Notes under the pieces: model-generated
Databases searched by the model: none
What the model was told of the DNA's origin: nothing
The model's input: the letters and a program-made list of their open reading frames with translations, nothing else
Program-made: the position numbers and the translations under genes
Source: Williopsis jadinii
Taxonomy: Eukaryota
Length of the DNA stretch: 64,000 bases
Direction: 5' to 3'
Assembly (NCBI GenBank): GCA_024346625.1
Contig: AP024664.1
Coordinates: 4,154,001-4,218,000 of the forward strand
Shown here: one piece after another, positions 44,709 to 55,995 of the stretch
How positions within the stretch are numbered: the stretch's first letter is position 1
Layout: each line of letters starts with the position of its first letter

Positions 44709-45779
44709 ATGAAGCCTGTGTACTTCATCTCGAGGCCCAAGCACTCGCTATTACAGCTCGTCCTCATGGAATTGGCCCAGCTGCCGGAACAGCCCCAGAT
44801 CCCAAGGATGGTGTACCTGATGAAGTCAGAATTGGCTCTGAGACACTTTCTCAATAGAGACTCTACGGTTAAATTGACCAGATACGATGACAGGAAGGTT
44901 GCCTACGAGGTGGAGAGACAATTGATGAGTGCGTGTACGCCACCTGAGTACGAGACAGGTGAATTGGCCCATATGGACTCACTGGTGTGCGAGTTCTCGA
45001 AGCTGCGAAGCTGCACACAGTTACACAACTATAAGAAGAATCTGGATAAGACCAGTTCTTTGCTGATACTGAACAATGATAAGTCGTATGTGGACTCACT
45101 AAGGACCCTGGTGTGGAAGGATGAGGTCAGCAGGCCGGAGTTGTACCAATGTATGGGCAGCTTCAACACCTGGTCCATGGGGGTGTATCACAGTGGTGTT
45201 ATGGGTGCTGGACAGCTGAAGATTGCCAGAATTCCTAGAAGCCGAGAGGAATACGACTATGACTTGAGCGCAGGCTTTGAACAGGTTCCATTGCTAAGTG
45301 CTATAAACGATACGAAGAACTTGAACCCAATTTATATGAAGTACACCGATTTCCTTGTGGAGCAGTTTGAAAGTATGATCGTCAAGACCACAGTGGGCTC
45401 TGTAAGTTCCTTATATGGCTGCTCCAATGGTGATCTCCTGAAGTTGAAGAACGTGGAGTCCATAATGTCGTTGATCATCCACGATTGTCTTCGAGTCATT
45501 TCCACATTAGAGCCTACTCTAGACATGGCAATGCTACACAAGGATCGACTCATTGACGTTTGCATCAAGACAATTAAGCAGACGGAGAGAACAAGCACGA
45601 TATTACAGAGACAAATTCAGAAGTGGAATGCAGCGGAGATTTATAATACAACTGGGTACTTCTCGTACATGTCGAGGAAGAATGGAGTTTATTGTCCACA
45701 GATCAGCCTTGTATCGAGAATACTCGAGGATAAGATCTCATTGGCTCACTTAAAGAACGGAGAAGTATCATTGGATTAA
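44709..45779 (+). CDS. CBS2: Probable mitochondrial COB translational activator (ketopantoate-reductase-like)
   Basis: 356-aa ORF convergent on RKM2, as CBS2 is in S. cerevisiae. Sequence resemblance is only weakly recognisable. Confidence 0.6.
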   Translation: MKPVYFISRPKHSLLQLVLMELAQLPEQPQIPRMVYLMKSELALRHFLNRDSTVKLTRYDDRKVAYEVERQLMSACTPPEYETGELAHMDSLVCEFSKLRSCTQLHNYKKNLDKTSSLLILNNDKSYVDSLRTLVWKDEVSRPELYQCMGSFNTWSMGVYHSGVMGAGQLKIARIPRSREEYDYDLSAGFEQVPLLSAINDTKNLNPIYMKYTDFLVEQFESMIVKTTVGSVSSLYGCSNGDLLKLKNVESIMSLIIHDCLRVISTLEPTLDMAMLHKDRLIDVCIKTIKQTERTSTILQRQIQKWNAAEIYNTTGYFSYMSRKNGVYCPQISLVSRILEDKISLAHLKNGEVSLD

Positions 45780-47003
45780 TTGGAGCATTTGATGCTCAAC
45801 TATACGGAGTTGCTGTGTATATAGGCTTTTAACGGTTTCATCTTTGCATCGGGTTATGCTATCATCGAGTTCCTGCTCCAGTGCTTCAAACAGGGCCAGT
45901 AGAATCTTACTGGAACGTCTCTTATAGTACGATCCATCGCTGATACCGTTCAGCAAGGCATTCAACCTTCTATTCTGTTCCATCTTGGTATCGTCCTCAA
46001 TTATCACCGCAAGGGCAACTTCGATTCTGAAACTTATGTCTTCAAAGGTCATTGTATAGTCTCCGTAGTAGCCCTTTGACTTGAGGAAGTCAACTTGGAT
46101 GTTATCCAACATTGGTGTAATCTTAGAGGTGATGTCGACATCGTTCCATGGATTTATATCGAGCATGAACCCGTACTCGCACAGCAGGAATTCGTTAGAA
46201 TGTGGTCCATATGACAAGTACAGCTCCTCATTTTCACTGTACGTTGTTGAAGTTAATACATGGAATCCAGTATGGTCAATCTTCAAGATGCATTGCTCCC
46301 TTGGACTATGATTGATAAGATCAACGTACGGTGCCAATGTGAAGTTATCATCTTTATCATGGCCTTCTGGAATTTCCATGTATAGACAACGAGAATTGAC
46401 ACAGAACCATGTCCATAGGTACACCTCCCTATCTATCTCAAGCCCATGTACAAAGGATTGTACAGTGGTATAATCTCTGTTAAACCTGTCAAACATCTTA
46501 TCACAGTGAATGGACGTCGAACGAGGTAATGACTTCACACGGGCATCATCATGTAACTTCCAAACCAATGGGGATTGTTGGAAGTCCGTCATTGGAGGCA
46601 ATGAGTCAATGAACGGGAACCACCATGATTTGGAGCCTCTTTGGTTCTCCAAGTAGATGAACATCGTGACAATTTGGAAAGAAGATAGAGATTGCAATTG
46701 CGCGATATCCATCCTTGCGTAGAGCGTCGTAATGGAATCACCCTCACCACGAGAGTGTGCTAGCTTGGCTTTGTTGACGACGTGGCCATCAGATCGCCAG
46801 CTCGTTATATGGGCCATCACGGTGGAAAAGTTCATCAGGCACTGGTGCGAGATCTTTATCAGTTGTTTCCCTTTGTCTATGGAGCCATTGGCAAAGAGAC
46901 CTCTACCACCGTACGAAGTAGCATCTGCTCTGATAGATCCAGAGATACTGTTACCACCATTGGACTCGAGCCAGCTGATAAGAGCTTGTAGTTTATCAGG
47001 CAT
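45768..47003 (-). CDS. RKM2: SET-domain ribosomal lysine methyltransferase
   Basis: GRGLFA, VNSRCLY, APYVDLINH, YGPHSNEFLLCEYGF. Start MPDKLQALISWL. Confidence 0.9.
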   Translation of the reverse strand: MPDKLQALISWLESNGGNSISGSIRADATSYGGRGLFANGSIDKGKQLIKISHQCLMNFSTVMAHITSWRSDGHVVNKAKLAHSRGEGDSITTLYARMDIAQLQSLSSFQIVTMFIYLENQRGSKSWWFPFIDSLPPMTDFQQSPLVWKLHDDARVKSLPRSTSIHCDKMFDRFNRDYTTVQSFVHGLEIDREVYLWTWFCVNSRCLYMEIPEGHDKDDNFTLAPYVDLINHSPREQCILKIDHTGFHVLTSTTYSENEELYLSYGPHSNEFLLCEYGFMLDINPWNDVDITSKITPMLDNIQVDFLKSKGYYGDYTMTFEDISFRIEVALAVIIEDDTKMEQNRRLNALLNGISDGSYYKRRSSKILLALFEALEQELDDSITRCKDETVKSLYTQQLRIVEHQMLQLIQ

Positions 47004-47211
47004 CGACGCAGCTTTACTGATCGTATTAGAGGACGAACGGTGTGGTTCCACTTACAAAATGCGTATTGATTTAGTACCTCATCGCTCGTCCTCCACCATG
47101 AATTTTTTTTCACCTCCACCGGCAGTTTCCCATTTATGTCTCAGGAGCCTCGAAACATATTGAACGGGAATTGAGCTCCTCCACCCGAGGAAAAGCCATA
47201 GAGAGGGAGAG

Positions 47212-48111
47212 ATGACAACGACGAACTGCTTGAGAAGGGCATTCAGCACCACGGGAAGAAGGTTCACGTCAGATGGTTCGAAATGCTTGAAATTTACACC
47301 GAACAAGCCGTCTGCGACGACTCTACGTCATCTCAACTTCACCAAACCACTTTCCTATACCAAGGGCCAATTGATCCAAGAACAGTTCAAAGAGGCCAAC
47401 GTTGAGTTTAAGAAGATGATGCGCAAGATTGGAGCCAAGAAGCGTGAGATGGACTCGAAAAATCTAGTCATGAATGACTACGAAGCTGAGCTGTTGACGA
47501 ATATCGTGTCTATGAAGCCGAGTCCTACTCTTTTATCTTTCCAGTTCGAGCCTGTGTTGACAGGTGGACGCCGTGAAAAGAACAGACTGACTTCTGATGA
47601 TATATCCAAGCTTGAGAGCATGGGCTATGACTTTGTTCAGACAAACAGGGGCGGTGAGATCACATTCCACAACAATGGTCAATTGGTTGTGTATCCGATA
47701 TTTGATCTCCAAGACTTTGACCATTTGACCATTAGATGCTTTGTATCGAAACTTGAGGATGCCATTATTGGAACCTTGAAGACGTTTGGAGTCCACGGTG
47801 AAAAGACTTCGAACACCGGTGTCTGGGTTGATGATGCGACCAAGATCTCAAGCATTGGACTGAGTGTGAGCAGAAGCGTGACGTCCCATGGAGTCTCAAT
47901 AAACGTCTGTAATGAGATACCACAATTGGAACAAACCACTGGGTTTGTATTCTGTGGGTTGCCAGGGAAGACTCAAACCTCCATGTCTTTACAATTGGGC
48001 GAAGATGTCAAGGTTGATGACGTTTCAAAGGAGTTCGCCAGACAATTGGCCAAACAGTTGAACATACAGACCATTGAATCTATAGACCTGGAAGATTTAG
48101 AAGTTGACTAA
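47212..48111 (+). CDS. LIP2: Mitochondrial octanoyltransferase (LipB)
   Basis: RGGEITFHNNGQLVVYPI, NTGVWV, KISSIG, TSHGVSIN, FCGL; N-terminal presequence. Confidence 0.95.
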   Translation: MTTTNCLRRAFSTTGRRFTSDGSKCLKFTPNKPSATTLRHLNFTKPLSYTKGQLIQEQFKEANVEFKKMMRKIGAKKREMDSKNLVMNDYEAELLTNIVSMKPSPTLLSFQFEPVLTGGRREKNRLTSDDISKLESMGYDFVQTNRGGEITFHNNGQLVVYPIFDLQDFDHLTIRCFVSKLEDAIIGTLKTFGVHGEKTSNTGVWVDDATKISSIGLSVSRSVTSHGVSINVCNEIPQLEQTTGFVFCGLPGKTQTSMSLQLGEDVKVDDVSKEFARQLAKQLNIQTIESIDLEDLEVD

Positions 48112-48143
48112 AGCGTCATATATACACCTTCACATGTATTCAG

Positions 48144-49646
48144 TTAAAGGAACTTCAAAACAATAGATGTTAGTATCACAAGAGAGCCAACTGTAATTCC
48201 AAGGTGTACCATATCACCAAGGACTCTTCTTTGCCAAACCTGTTGTGAAGAAGTCAGTTTCAACTCCTCTTGGAGCAATTTGTTCTTGGAGTCTTTCTCC
48301 TTTAAACTCAATTCGAGTTGGTTCAATTTAGTTGTTTGTTCATCAATCTGTAACCCCAAAGATTGTTTAACATCGTCTAACTCCTTATTCTTGGAGTCCA
48401 ATAGCCGTTGCAATTGTTCGATTCTATCCAAATACACATCGACTTCTCGCTTCTTAATGGAATTTAGATCATGGATGCGCATGTCCTTCTCCTGAACCAA
48501 AGATTTGAGCTCTTCAAGTTTATCTGATTGCAAACTCACCGTTTTGCCCAGCTCAACATTATCACGTTGATACGTCTCCAATTTATCCTTCAGTTTATGA
48601 ACCTTCTTCTCCAGAGTGCCCAAGTTAATACTATCTTCTTTGGATTTGTGCAAATGACGTTCATAATCTGCCAAAAACCCTTGAATACTGGCCAACTTCA
48701 AGTTGTTCATCTTTTCTTTGTGCAATTGGGCAATCAACAGCCTTATCGAGTGGATCAAGTTCGAGCTCGTGCCTATATTGTTGTTGACAAAGATCCCCGA
48801 TAGGAAGTCATGATTGGCACCAAGGGCAACTTCCTCGAGATCACGAGTCACGTCTCCAAATACCGCAGCATCAAAGGAGTCCATCTTATCAACGATGGAC
48901 TTATGAGGTACACTGGGATCTTCGCCTCCTGAGATCTCCTTCAGTACTCTGTCCAAGTCAGTAGTGGATTCCAAGGGCACTGTGAGTATCGTTTCCACTT
49001 TACAACTGATCTTCCTGTGGAGTTGATTCTTGTTGTTGGTCTCGTTATCGATGTCGATTCCCAAATCAACACTGTCCGCCTTGTGCAATTCAACCTCATC
49101 CACAATCTTCTGGCCGTTGATGAAGGTCCCGTTAGCACTTCGACAATCCTTTAGATACACCTTGCCGTTCTTCCAGTACAACTCAGCATGCTCTCTCGAA
49201 ATGACACGGGAATCGAAGTAGCCGTTATACATACTGGGAGACTTTTGAGCATTGTTCGGTCTTCCCAACTTCAATACTTGCGGATACTGTGGAATCGTCA
49301 ACGTCTTCTTATCAAACGTCTCGTTCAACGATACAAACACAAGGATATGTGCAAAATGATCTCTCTTTGGAAGATCAACAGTCTGCGTTGACGTTGACAC
49401 CAACGGGTTCCCCTTCCCAAACACCTTCGACGACGACCGAGCTCTCCTCGTCGGCGTACTTCCACAGCCTGTACTGGCAGCATGGCTGGATCCGGCGTTC
49501 ATTCTCGGCTCCAACCGTATTGGTAATGACATCGACATCGATGCTGTGCTCCCACCACCACCACTCCTTGGACTCTGGGCCGACGACGAATGCGACGATT
49601 GGAACGCAAGGTCTCCTCTGTTGTGAGCTGCTGATTGTACATCCAT
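48144..49646 (-). CDS. VPS64: FHA-domain, coiled-coil, tail-anchored FAR/STRIPAK subunit (Vps64/Far10)
   Basis: LKLGRP...NGYFDSRVISREHA...SANGTFING FHA domain, coiled coil, C-terminal TM; adjacent to LIP2 and RKM2. Confidence 0.9.
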   Translation of the reverse strand: MDVQSAAHNRGDLAFQSSHSSSAQSPRSGGGGSTASMSMSLPIRLEPRMNAGSSHAASTGCGSTPTRRARSSSKVFGKGNPLVSTSTQTVDLPKRDHFAHILVFVSLNETFDKKTLTIPQYPQVLKLGRPNNAQKSPSMYNGYFDSRVISREHAELYWKNGKVYLKDCRSANGTFINGQKIVDEVELHKADSVDLGIDIDNETNNKNQLHRKISCKVETILTVPLESTTDLDRVLKEISGGEDPSVPHKSIVDKMDSFDAAVFGDVTRDLEEVALGANHDFLSGIFVNNNIGTSSNLIHSIRLLIAQLHKEKMNNLKLASIQGFLADYERHLHKSKEDSINLGTLEKKVHKLKDKLETYQRDNVELGKTVSLQSDKLEELKSLVQEKDMRIHDLNSIKKREVDVYLDRIEQLQRLLDSKNKELDDVKQSLGLQIDEQTTKLNQLELSLKEKDSKNKLLQEELKLTSSQQVWQRRVLGDMVHLGITVGSLVILTSIVLKFL

Positions 49647-52600
49647 AGCTCCAGCTCGATGATGGGTTTGATTGGACTGCTCCAGCTTCTCAAGGTTGCT
49701 TTTGTTGATGAGGAGTTTGTTTTGATTTGGCAAGCTGAGACACAAACGCTTTTGGTTCTTTATTTGCGGTGTCAGGGTGTTATAATGTTATATTATATTA
49801 TATAAGTATCATCTCAGAGATTATTAGAACGATACTAACAAACATGGCACTGCGATCTCCCAGCTCCTCCTAATTTGTATCCAATAGTCCAACTCAGAGG
49901 TCCATGAAGTATGAGACTTTAGCCTCCAATAGCTCCTGAGATATAACCATTTCAATATTGGCAAGATTCGTCAAAAAACACCCATAAATTTGCCTATATT
50001 GCAACAACAAATCAACATTTGCAAAATCCAGCGATCCGAACGATAGAACTGATCTATATCATCCATTATGCAGACACCTGACTTGATTGGATTGGTGGTT
50101 TGTGCAGGAGAATTTGCCCGTTTTTGTTTTTAATTCTCACTGAGACGTTTCATCGCCATGACCATCAATACGTCACGGGGTCAAACTTTTACCTGTGAAA
50201 GCTGGCCTTCACAAGTATCCACCTGCTTTGCTCATGGTCAAGCACACGTCGCAGTTCCAAGATTGACTAATATGATTAAAGCCCACATGCTTTTACCGAA
50301 AAATCTATGCCATGCCTGAGATGCTCACACACTCGTCAATAAAGTGTTTGGAAAAGTGGCTAGACACATAAAGGACGAGGTGAATCTTTTCCATGTTAAC
50401 GGGACCTGTATTAGTATCATTGGAATATTCACACCATACATTCTCACAATCATATATACGAGATCCATGCCTAAAGAATATCTTGACTTTGTAGCGTGAC
50501 ATTTCGATAGTTGCAATCAATATTGTATCTACAAGAGACGGAGTATAAGGTCAAAACCCCCACGGGCCACGCAGCACAAGTCAATCGCATTCACCGTGCC
50601 AAAGAGTTAAAGACCAACTTGTATGATGCCTATATTCTGTAAACTTGAACTTTTCATTTTAGCACTTTGAAGGACCGATTCCAGGTTTGAATTGCCTGTT
50701 TTCTGGGCCCAAGAGAAGGCTTCATTGTTTCTGAATACACAGAAGGCATGAGCTCAACCATCATCCCTGAAACGTTATCGTCACCTCTTCAAAGTGGCCA
50801 TAGTGATTCCATCACCGAAAGCCTCTTGCTGTACCGTCAGGTCCCTCAAAAGTTTCTTTTCTGTCTCAAGCTGCAATGTTAAACACATTTGCAGCAAGCC
50901 AACTTTTATTATGTTGCCAAGGAGTGTATCAAACTAGAAGCCACCCCTTGAAGAGAAACTCTCAATTCTTCCCTATCAGCTGTGTAAAGTTCCTTTTATC
51001 CAGCCTCACATTTTTTAAAAGAAAGTGCAATAGATTACTAGTCATTGGTCATCATAACTTCTGCTTCAGCCAGCTCATCGAGACTTCGAATTAATGCCAG
51101 ACACACTAGTAGATATAAGTGAATGCTGGGGAATGGTGAAAATACTGACACAAATTATGCTACAGTAATACTCGGGTGTTATCACATAGCTGCTATCTAA
51201 TATCCCACTGTTCCGTTATCTTCCAGGTTGCTGAGTGATGGAATAGACGTAGTTAGTATCTATACAATTGCTCTATTCACTGATCCCTTGTATAGGTAGA
51301 TATTTTTAGCTTTGTTGGTGATGTATAATTTATGTTTTAGAAAGAATGTTATAATCCCGGGCCTTTCTTTGTATGAAGAATCACGGGTTATGGATGTATA
51401 GTGTTGAATCAAGAAATTATAGTACATATAGAAGAGACCAGTATTGTATACTTCTAAATGACTTGTATTCTACTCTGCTTGTTTCAAACTTCATTTGCAG
51501 GTCTCTTGTTCTGGATTGGTCCTGAATTCTGAATTGTTATGAACAGCTCATCTCTTAACTAAGCAGTCCATTCCCTTCGAACCAACTTCCAAACCCCTTC
51601 CATCATGACTTTGCCCAATATTGGTCATTTTTTCCATAGAAAATCGATAATGTCTCATGAATCAGGACCTTTCTCTAAATTCTAAAATCACTGGACTCTT
51701 TATTATGCATGTCTTCATCAGGCACCACCGTTATGCTATGGAATACCTACTGGTACCTTCGGAAACCATTTTCATTCTAACTCCTTCAAGATGCTCTTTT
51801 AGACTTCAGTGAGAGGTGCAGTACCAACTGAATATCTTCAACTTTCAATGTAAAACGTTTGCTGGGTACTAGAAATGGCACTGGGAGAAACGTGTTGTAA
51901 GTGTTGCGAGAAGGTGCTTCCAGGTGAAAGCGGTCCAATCATAACCCTTGAAATAGATAGGAGAATTAGAGATGGAAATACAATTGTTACTGCTGATATT
52001 TGCAACCACCAAAAACAGTGATCTCGAGGCTAAGGGGATCCCTACACGGCTACATACGAAGCTCTACACCAACGTCAGCCTACTCAAGATTACGCTAGTG
52101 CCACGTGATGCTGCAATTCAGATACATCAATCAAATCGTACAGTGGTTATTCCTATGAAGTTGAAGGACTAACAGTTTCTCAAATACTTAGATGTGATTT
52201 AAGAGGGACAAAAACTCAACCACTGGAGTGCTAAACGTTCTTACATTTGTTGGTGGTTTTATTCAAGGTCCTAATATTCATTGAGCCATTGAAAACGTTA
52301 TAAATGGCTACCATGAAGAAGATGATCGGAGAGGGAGGGGGCAGGGTATGATGTTTATTTTGAAGAAAATAATCGTAACAATAGCAGCAAGAATGAACAA
52401 TACCTTCCTGGGAGATTAAAGGCTCAAAGGTAAAACTTCTGTATTCTTAGACTTGGAAAGGACCCACCGTCAGTTTGTTGTAGTAATCATAAGATAACAA
52501 CTATGATCAACTATCTGTGGTGAGTGCATTCCAATTCTATGGCAAGAAATGCATCTTAGCACCTAATACCAACGTTGTTGAGTAAAACTTTTCACATATC

Positions 52601-55600
52601 TCTCTCTCAATAAACCATCAGGTCCACTTGCTATTCGTAAAAGAAAACTACACACAGTTTCGTTCACATAGATTTTGGTTATGCATCTCTTCTGATTTTA
52701 TTAAGAAGATGTGCTATGGCCAAAAGAGCTGTTAAATCTGGATCATGCATACTATATTTTACCCTGGATACGAACAGGTATATCAAACCAAAAGAGGAAG
52801 TAACAAGTAGCGAAAGCTCGCATTACTGGTTGACTAATCTATGTGGGCTTGTAATCGAAATCTTTCCAACGGATGCCATACTCATGCACTTTTGAGACAT
52901 GTGCATAACTCTGTATCGAATGCCACCCGCCAAAATCCAGCACAGATACCCACTTTTAGATGAACCAGATAGTCTTTTGTTCCAGTGGTCTCAGGGATGA
53001 GGTGTTGATTATTCTCTTTAATTTAATTGATTTAGAGAACTCCCTGATTACATCTTCTGGCTGATCTTAAAAAGTTATTTCAAGACTCTGGTTTATAACA
53101 TCCCCACCTAAGGATGTATAATACTTACTGCGGTTGTATGAATTGAAACAGTAAATCACACAGAATGAATGCAGTACAGATTTACATCATCCTTATGCAA
53201 TTTGCAACACATTCTACATTGCCTGAGAGGGGCTTGTGAAGTATGGGTGAACCTTTAAACATTGTAGCTGAAGTCAACATCGCTACCTTACCCCGTTAGG
53301 GTTGCCCTTAACTCATTCAAATAATCACATCTCTTTCGGAAAATTAATAATGTTCCGTGTGTAAGTACTATCGATAATTTAAATTTAGAAAGCTTGGGAG
53401 TCACTGGACCTTAATCAGATAGTGGTTATTCAGAGCTCCTTTCCATCCACTTCTCAACTAAATGTAACGGCTGAGGCGGGTACTTTCATGAGAACATATA
53501 GGGAATAGATATGCTTCGGCTCTCATATATATATGCGGGACCTAAGTTTTCTAATGATGGGATGATAGTTTTATTACCGGAAGCAGGACTTGATCTCAAA
53601 CTGCTGCGAGTTATGGAGTTTTAGAGAGTTGAGTAGTTTTTGAATTTACACACTTTTGAGAGGTATAAACACTCAGGTATGCATTAGGATTCGCCTCACA
53701 AGCAATAATTGAGACATGGTTATTCCTTCAGGTCTCGCTCCCAACTGCTTCAAGAAATGTAACAGTATGTCATGGCTCGATTTCGTCGTATAGCAGAGCA
53801 CATAGATCAGATAGAGCACATAGAGCACATAGAGCACACAGAGCACTTATTTCAGAGTCGCAATCCATGATGTGTTCCCGCCAGCCAATGGAGGAGACCA
53901 AATGATATACCAGAGGTACGGGCCTCATTAGGAAACACGTGGAAGCGCTGCTACTTTACGTCAACCGGAGCCACACAACCTTCCAGCGCTCAAATATTCC
54001 TTATTGCTTCCTTATTTGTGAATTGAACGGTTGAAGCTGGCTGAAAAGAAAGCATCATAACCATTGGAAGAAACCATATGCACATATCATGCAGCCTCAA
54101 AGGGGTTGCAGAAATGCAACGGGAAAGTTTATGTTAAGTAAATAGCAATAATTACCAACCTGTTGCAACAGGGCAGCAACAGGAAAAGGAGTTTAGGTTG
54201 AGACATCCTGAAAAAAGCCAACTTGGGCTTTGAACGCTTTGTTGGCCTTTTTCGGAACAAATCTTTACTCTTGAGAATTTCATGGTTATAGTGTTGAAAT
54301 GGTCATCGAGACAGCGTCTGAATGCCAAGAATCCTACAAACGTTACGAATGGTACGAGAAAACTCAACAGATGACTCTAATGTTAGAGTAAATTTGTATA
54401 ACTGAACGATGTAAAAAACGGAACTTGCCAATGTCAGAAAGGAAGTTTTATATTTCTCCCTTTTTGGTGAGGTGAAAGGTGCATGCCCAGAATCAGTATC
54501 AATTGCGCGCTAAGGTGCGTAATTGAATTGTGCAAATCCCTCTTTACTGTGATGTTTCGAGGTACATGATGTAACTTCTGCTAAAATGTATACGTGCATG
54601 GTCGTCGTCTCCACACCGCAGTTTTAAAGGAGTAAAACCCCATTCCCTTGTTTTGTGCTTTTAGTTCTTCGAGAGAAAGAAGACCAGCTTCATTTGCTGT
54701 ACCATCTTGATCCGTCTGCCGCACACCTTGGTTTGACCTATAAATCTGAATGAGAAGGAACCACAGTATAGTCTATAACCATACTTGTTCAATTTACATC
54801 GCGTTATATCGTATTAGCAATTTGCCACTACCTTTTTAAACCTTCAGCTCGTGAAGGGACCTTATGCGCAGTGTACTGCACAGTTGTTAACATAAATATA
54901 CATAAGACCATGCATGTCTTAGACTGCGACCTTTTACAAGACAACAACAGAACAAGTCATACATAATGCTGGACAAGTCATTGGATGAAAAAGAACTTGA
55001 TGTTATTTATGGCCTAAAGATGTTTCGAGTGCACAAGCTACACATGCGAATCCTTTTGCAGTAGCCGTTGTCCTTGGTAGTCGCGAGTGCCTTTGAGTTC
55101 TTTCATGGATGAAAGATACTTTGTTTTATGACCTGCGCCTTTGCTGAGAACGTGGGAGATTTCGTGCTTCCTTTTCAGGGCGTTACTGTTATCCAGAGAA
55201 CTTGTTTATTGCTGGAATCAATAGATTATTCACAAAGGAATTCTTGATAGGGGCCTACACGATGTATGAAAAAAGCAAAAATTCATAGGAAAACCGAAAT
55301 CATTCGTATTAGATTAACCAACAACCTTTTCTTGAGTCCAACTTTTCAAGTATCTATTGCAGACTGAATATGTTTAGAATTGACTGCACGTAGCACACCA
55401 AACCTCTATCTAGTGTGCTATATATCGTAATAATGATCATCGCATTACCTGGTTTCGAGGCGTCATATACATTGCAGAATATCGATATTTCCATGAAATC
55501 AGAAGCAGATCTAGGTTCATTGAACTCTAGATTTGATCACCGTTATCTTTCAGTATAAATCCCAAATCGTTGAAAACATACGATTCCTTGTCTTAGAAAG

Positions 55601-55919
55601 TACGCAGCAATATCTAAATTCAGAAATCGTGCGTATCAAAACAGTCAGCCAATGCTGCATATGCCGATGCCAGCCTTGTATGTAGACTAAAGCTTGCAGG
55701 AATAATTCGGATTCGCAGGTTTTACACACATAAACTCTGATGAGTTATGCATCAGACTCAGAAACAAACTTGGTATCATATGCTAACAAGTACACCATCT
55801 CTAGGAGACGGGAATTCAAAATACAAGCAAATAGAGAAAGTAACATACGGCTGGATTTCTCCTTTTTAATGGATGAGTGCAGGATTGAAGTTTGAAATGC
55901 CTGGAACAATCTGTTTGAC

Positions 55920-55926
55920 TATATAA
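55920..55926 (+). promoter_or_regulatory. TATA box of the adhesin gene
   Basis: TATATAA ~70 bp upstream of ATG 55996. Confidence 0.55.
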
Positions 55927-55995
55927 GAGAGAGTCATGGACACAATTTCCTCAGGATCAAAAGTGTTTTTTTACTGACAAACCAATCCAATCGCT

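Noticed and set aside
53793..53846. AGAGCACAT 9-bp repeat
   Set aside because: Short microsatellite-like slippage with no further structure.
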